DNA from: Mayamaea pseudoterrestris
Taxonomy: Eukaryota
DNA length: 64,000 nucleotides
Reading direction: 5' to 3'
Assembly: GCA_027923505.1 (NCBI GenBank)
Contig: BROI01000015.1
Coordinates: forward strand, 186,001-250,000
The position numbers and the translations under genes were made by a program. Below the pieces are notes generated by a model that saw nothing but the letters and a program-made list of their open reading frames with translations, searched no databases and had not been told where the DNA came from. Positions 61,501 through 64,000 of this stretch are shown here, piece by piece. Positions within the stretch are counted from its first letter, which is position 1, and each line of letters starts with the position of its first letter.

Positions 61501-62204
61501 TTTCTCCAAGTCTTGCCATTGCGCAGTCGTCCGACGTTGCTCGTGAATCCAACTCATGAGCTTGCGCAATCGGCTTGTTCGTATCGTCGACCACTGGTAC
61601 TGGGTCTTAATGTTCGTCACGTCTTGTTCCGACAGTTCGGCCATCGCCTCCGCAGTCGTGAGTTCCTCTTGCTCGAAACACACTGCGGTAGGGTCGTTTG
61701 GATCCCAAGCTGCGGACGCTGCGAGCCACGGAATATCGAAGACTTTACCGACGGCACGCTTGTAGGTCGTTACATCAATCGTCGTCATGGTGGAGGTTGA
61801 TCAGAGGAATCGGACTCGCTGCAGACGAATGTGTCACGATAGCTCCCTCGCTCGTTCTCGCTCTCGAAGCACTGAAATGTTAATCTAACACCGTTGACGA
61901 TTTCGCAGTCAACGTCTTACCTCCAAAAAGCTCCGATACAGGGTCCTTGGCCACGGTCTGTACAGCTCTTGATGGAGATGGCTCGTCGAATAGTCTTGCG
62001 CTCGCCACTACACGAATACGACTGCACTCTCGTCGCAAACTAGTAGTTCTATATTGTGAGCTTATCGCTACATCGCTACATCGACCACTCGGAAGATCAT
62101 CCGATCAATCCGTTTCTTTCAATCACATTACATCAGTCGTAACTGGTCGTTCCATTCATACAACGCATCCACACGACGGTTGCGCACTTTCTTCATTCAC
62201 ATGT
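55575..62204 (-). mobile_element. Coding-intact CoDi-like Ty1/copia element (family B); 3' LTR 55575-55969, 5' LTR 61886-62204 (outer ~76 bp missing)
   Basis: Matching LTRs, PPT GAGGGGAG at 55970-55977 (minus strand), single long ORF. Confidence 0.97.
55924..61788 (-). CDS. Gag-Pol polyprotein, 1954 aa (Gag-PR-IN-chromo-like-RT-RNase H)
   Basis: PR TVDRGASGG; IN VAHDTM / FSDNAKE / NQNPAER (DDE); RT YKARLVAGGH, DIGNAYLEA, KALYGL, VWVDDLL; RH FEDA, ETATFGSE, GDNQAV, NIADVLTK; stop codon lies inside the 3' LTR. Confidence 0.98.
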   Translation of the reverse strand: MTTIDVTTYKRAVGKVFDIPWLAASAAWDPNDPTAVCFEQEELTTAEAMAELSEQDVTNIKTQYQWSTIRTSRLRKLMSWIHEQRRTTAQWQDLEKDQITSRDLPVAPGSPTAGNRSFGDFSVIGGNDTTTKRHDIKLDLKTMLELKNDRKFCSYWRAFKNRMRSERLGYFWDDEFKAPAALEPEFAEYQYQCSKLLAALEYTCKTPQSKLIVRKHIDSANASACIAELEATFLDGMARKLDLRSAEDEWRNFTLDASYAKSLVNWLIQWSSKEENYNDYAEETELLTASTKRQILERAVFRHADMAAAVNMALIEESKTGNPMTYTQFWNLLNDVARQSDNRRGIKETEKRQANQSEQTKKEKEKTKKASANNSQSTPSSSNNQQSNQGGGGRGDLSTGRGGGGGRGRGDTRSYVRSYADTKTIEIPSDVNATIPPNTWRLLTRDQQHEVFERRGTSRAASAAGGSTSATQAGTTQTTSTTRNANVAATSSAATTASAATERVNNTSRGSAMRSFLGPDQPTTTTRGANIAQSRKYKVASIDLDKHSASTVDRGASGGVWGADGRILTEDKFHKIEVTGVGGLKLPDLSTVTAVAKLKSTKGWVVGEFHNYAYSGTGKTIHSSMQMEAFGLHVNDKHYNFGGKLRIETPDGYKFMLGMESGMATLPMFPVSAHELHTLPRVMMTFDGPWDPNEFDVEPTEDDDYDSSDDDDDEDDVPDLLSRDEDDEDSDDEEGFTRVTRSRTRNRTHRQSNVTYTNLGHDNQPVYTEKELNVCAVVQKYNADLVYQPYKSILPKKPDIDALLPNFAWYPAQTIKDTLRHSTQFNMHERRYPPRMHRKSRFLNVYRLDDRVAHDTMFFDEPAMDDHIDGHAGCTCVQLFYGCRSQIIVVYPMRTKGDVPKRFRDFIREFGAPLEVFSDNAKEAMSAEFDEVMREFMIRRRHTSEPYYQNQNPAERIIGHVKESHERLMDRTGTPACFWLRALLFQTEMYRHLSHPALDGKSPIEFITGQVPDVSKYLHFRWFEIVNYFVKDVEAPGTRQRAAYWLGPNTTCGDDLTYFICDCETHEIMTRSVCLPRNDPKFLNLRVPAPASPVMKEGEPRLYTVPGLGGEILMPEMIKKITDADSRDDDSFIPDEDDTPLVETVEYPEDDDMTDGELDPNPADDDDDKPKKKNINPWRKLPKYAPDELIGKSFLMKTDDGQEVRATVMSKLNNRDAQNHQNIKMMLKLGNGEADEVMSYVEVSDLYEAEVNQDMANPERKWFFKEILDHQGPLTSKSKNWKHSKWNVLVQWDDGSKTWEPLNAMIESDKVSVAAYAQKHNLLDKDGWASLNRWARNAKKVARKVAIARMEQQKNGPRYKFGVQVPRDWKEARRLQEAAGHTKWTDAEGVELANLDEYETFQDLGPSSTTAPPTGYQKIRVHFVYDVKHDLRYKARLVAGGHMTKDNDDAYSSVISLKAMRLALVIGEANGKKCMVGDIGNAYLEAFTKEKVYFVGGPEFGEREGHILVIVKALYGLRTSGARFHERLADALLAEGWKPSYCDSDLWIKDAGDSYDYLCVWVDDLLNISDDPAAFFKMLEEKYKFKLKGVGHPEYHLGGDFGRDPDGTLYWSAKTYVAKLLAQYERLFEGPPKKYSSPIDKDDHPELDQSELLNDQEKKIYQSLVGALQWAITLGRFDIAVAVVSLSRFRVEPRKGHLQRVKRVCGYLRELPDAAIRFRTKWPANEEHFGTMEEQDWERSVYGKDGVDEMLDVYPPPKGVTVRTSTFEDACLMHCMVTGKSLEGVLSFVNQTPVDWHCKLQATVETATFGSEFGVAKSGTDISISLRASLMAMGVPLEKSAWMYGDNQAVITQSTIPSSTLSKRHNALAYHRVRWAVAAGIIKFVKIDGKENIADVLTKYLPYCDAMPLLKPVLFWRGDTSYAIVKDKNAATTSSVPEGSDKSQSGEVKSPNPN

Positions 62205-62830
62205 AAGAAGCCCCCCCACAAAAGTACAGAACGCACCGCTTCCAGGTAGGTGTTACCGACATTGGCAGCCCAAAACTTAAGGTCGTTCAGTTCAGCTAAC
62301 AAAGCTATAGTTCGGATGCTTTGCATAGAGACAACACCGGAGTAGGCAGAGTCCTTGGGCGGAGTGGTTGAATGTCCCCCAGTGATGAGTCCGGCCTTAC
62401 GTTGTAGGTCGTTCTTGCAGTCAAAGACAAGATGCGCGTTGATGCGTTTCCAATCACTTTCCATGAAGGCACCAATGCCCCTGTCAATGAAAGTGTCATA
62501 CTTGTGTAGCTGCTCCATCTCAGTCTTGATGGCGTCAGCCCATAGTGTGTTTCCATTAGCAGCGTCAAGGTTGCTTGCTTCCTTCCAAGTATTAGGAACT
62601 TGAACGCCAAACTTATAAGGTGCTTCTTGGACATGGTTCTTCTTTGCAGCCTTGTACATGCGGTTAAACAGTTTAGTGCATCCTGCCATGTGCTTCAAGC
62701 GCTTCCATCCAGCCTTGTCCAACATACCCTTGTGCTTGCTGTACTCGGCAACGGTGACAGGGTCAGACTTTACAATCAGTGCGAGTGGTTCCCAGGTCTT
62801 CTTGCCATTTGCCCATTTGACACGATGCAG
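62205..62830 (-). pseudogene. Decayed fragment of another CoDi-like copia (chromo-like end plus RT start)
   Basis: VKWANGKKTWEPL, YKFGVQVP, LVFDCKNDLQRKAGLITGGH, NVGNTYLEA. Confidence 0.88.
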
Positions 62831-64000
62831 TTCCAGTTCGTACGGCTGCAACGATTCCTCACCCTCTGTAGTCGGTTTCCAAGTGAGCGGGATGATCAGT
62901 CCTTTACCTTGGTTTATCCTACAGGGGTCTTATCCTACAAAACGCTAGTTGATTAAGCAGTTCTCTAGAAAGTGAGTTGATTTACGATCGGTCGAGAAAG
63001 AGCGATTGATCAGATGGCTCTTTCAAGACCATTCACGATAGTGAATACTAATCTTGTTTAATCGTGCCTGCGGCTGGCACACATGCAATATTTCAATGAC
63101 GTAGTTGTGAGTAGATGTCTTTTCTGGTACCGCAACGGAGGTTCGAGTACTATGCTCGTGCGCCCCCGGCGACGTCTAGGTTCGCGTCAAGCGACTGGAC
63201 TAGATCGTCATTGTGACACTCCCCTTGTAGGTGTGCCAGGACAGGTGTAAGCTCAATGAGCTCCCCTGGAGTCGGCTCCCCTTGAGGCAGTGACGGGTCC
63301 ATAAGGTAGAATTCGAGTTCTCCAGGATCCAAGGTTTCGCCACGCCAGAACAGTAATGGTTTGAGTAGGGGCCATGCGTCGATGTAGGGTAGGTATTTGG
63401 TAAGCGCGTCGGAAGCGTTTTCCTTGCCAGCAATCTTGACGAACTTGATAATTCCGGCTGCTACACACCACCGGATACGGTGATATGCGAGGGCATTGTG
63501 GCGCTTGGTGAGTGTGGATGTAGGCACTGTACACTGCGTGATGACTGATTGGTTATCACCGAGTAGCCATGAAGAGGACTCGATGGGAACACCCATTGCC
63601 ATGAGTGACGCGCGTATGCCTAGGATATGGTCGGTTGCAACGCGTCCGCTCATGAGTTCAGAGCCAAAGGTCGCGTGTTCGACGGTATCTTGAAGTTTGG
63701 CAAACCACTTGAACGGAGTCTGCTGAATGAAGTGAAGGATTCCAGTGCATGCTTTGCCGGTGACTTTGCAATGCATCAGGTTGGCATCTTTGAGGGTAGT
63801 AAGGCGAACTGTCTTGCCCTTTGGTTTCGGCCAGAGTGAAAGGACCTCTTCCTTGGGGTTGTCGTAGACGGTTTGTTGCCAGTCATAGGTTGGTGAGTCG
63901 CCGAAGATGATTTCGTTCTGCGGCCACTGGGTGCGAAAGCGGATGGCTGCCTCGGGAAACTTGCGAAGGTAGCCGCATACACGCTTTACTCGGTCGAGGT
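62830..64000 (-). mobile_element. 3' end of a further CoDi-like copia (RT end, RNase H, PPT, 3' LTR starting at 63218); continues beyond the window
   Basis: HCKVTGKACTG, VEHATFGSE, GDNQSV, KRHNALAYHR, NASDALTK; minus strand AAGGGGAG then TGTCACAATG; left LTR end approximate. Confidence 0.92.

Noticed and set aside
33944..64000. Telomere
   Set aside because: No TTAGGG-type array in the window; a subtelomeric position cannot be shown or excluded

Overview
Eukaryotic DNA, very likely a pennate diatom. This call rests on compact genes with 70-115 bp GT-AG introns, bipartite ASAFAP-type plastid presequences and CoDi-like copia elements. The window has two sharply separated halves. (1) 1-33.95 kb is gene-dense, with about 23 genes including asparagine synthetase, homogentisate solanesyltransferase, ClpS, a Na+/H+ exchanger, a Kelch protein, a PTPS-like protein, DJ-1, a JMJD4-like protein, MYG1 and a membrane-anchored alpha/beta-hydrolase. 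(2) 33.95-64 kb has no host genes. It holds a short 176-bp tandem array and a 169-bp satellite (roughly 43 monomers in three blocks, with a 19-bp palindrome in most monomers), interleaved with at least five different Ty1/copia LTR retrotransposons. One element (55575-62204) has an intact 1954-aa polyprotein and LTRs that look identical. It carries a chromodomain-like module between integrase and RT, TG...TA termini, a non-TGG primer site shared with a second family, and a head-to-tail LTR-AG-LTR junction. The most interesting reading is a satellite-based, centromere/heterochromatin-like domain colonised by chromodomain-bearing copia elements; that function is inference. Parts of 35.5-49.9 kb and 54.86-55.05 kb look like low-quality or chimeric consensus, so frameshifts there may not be biological.
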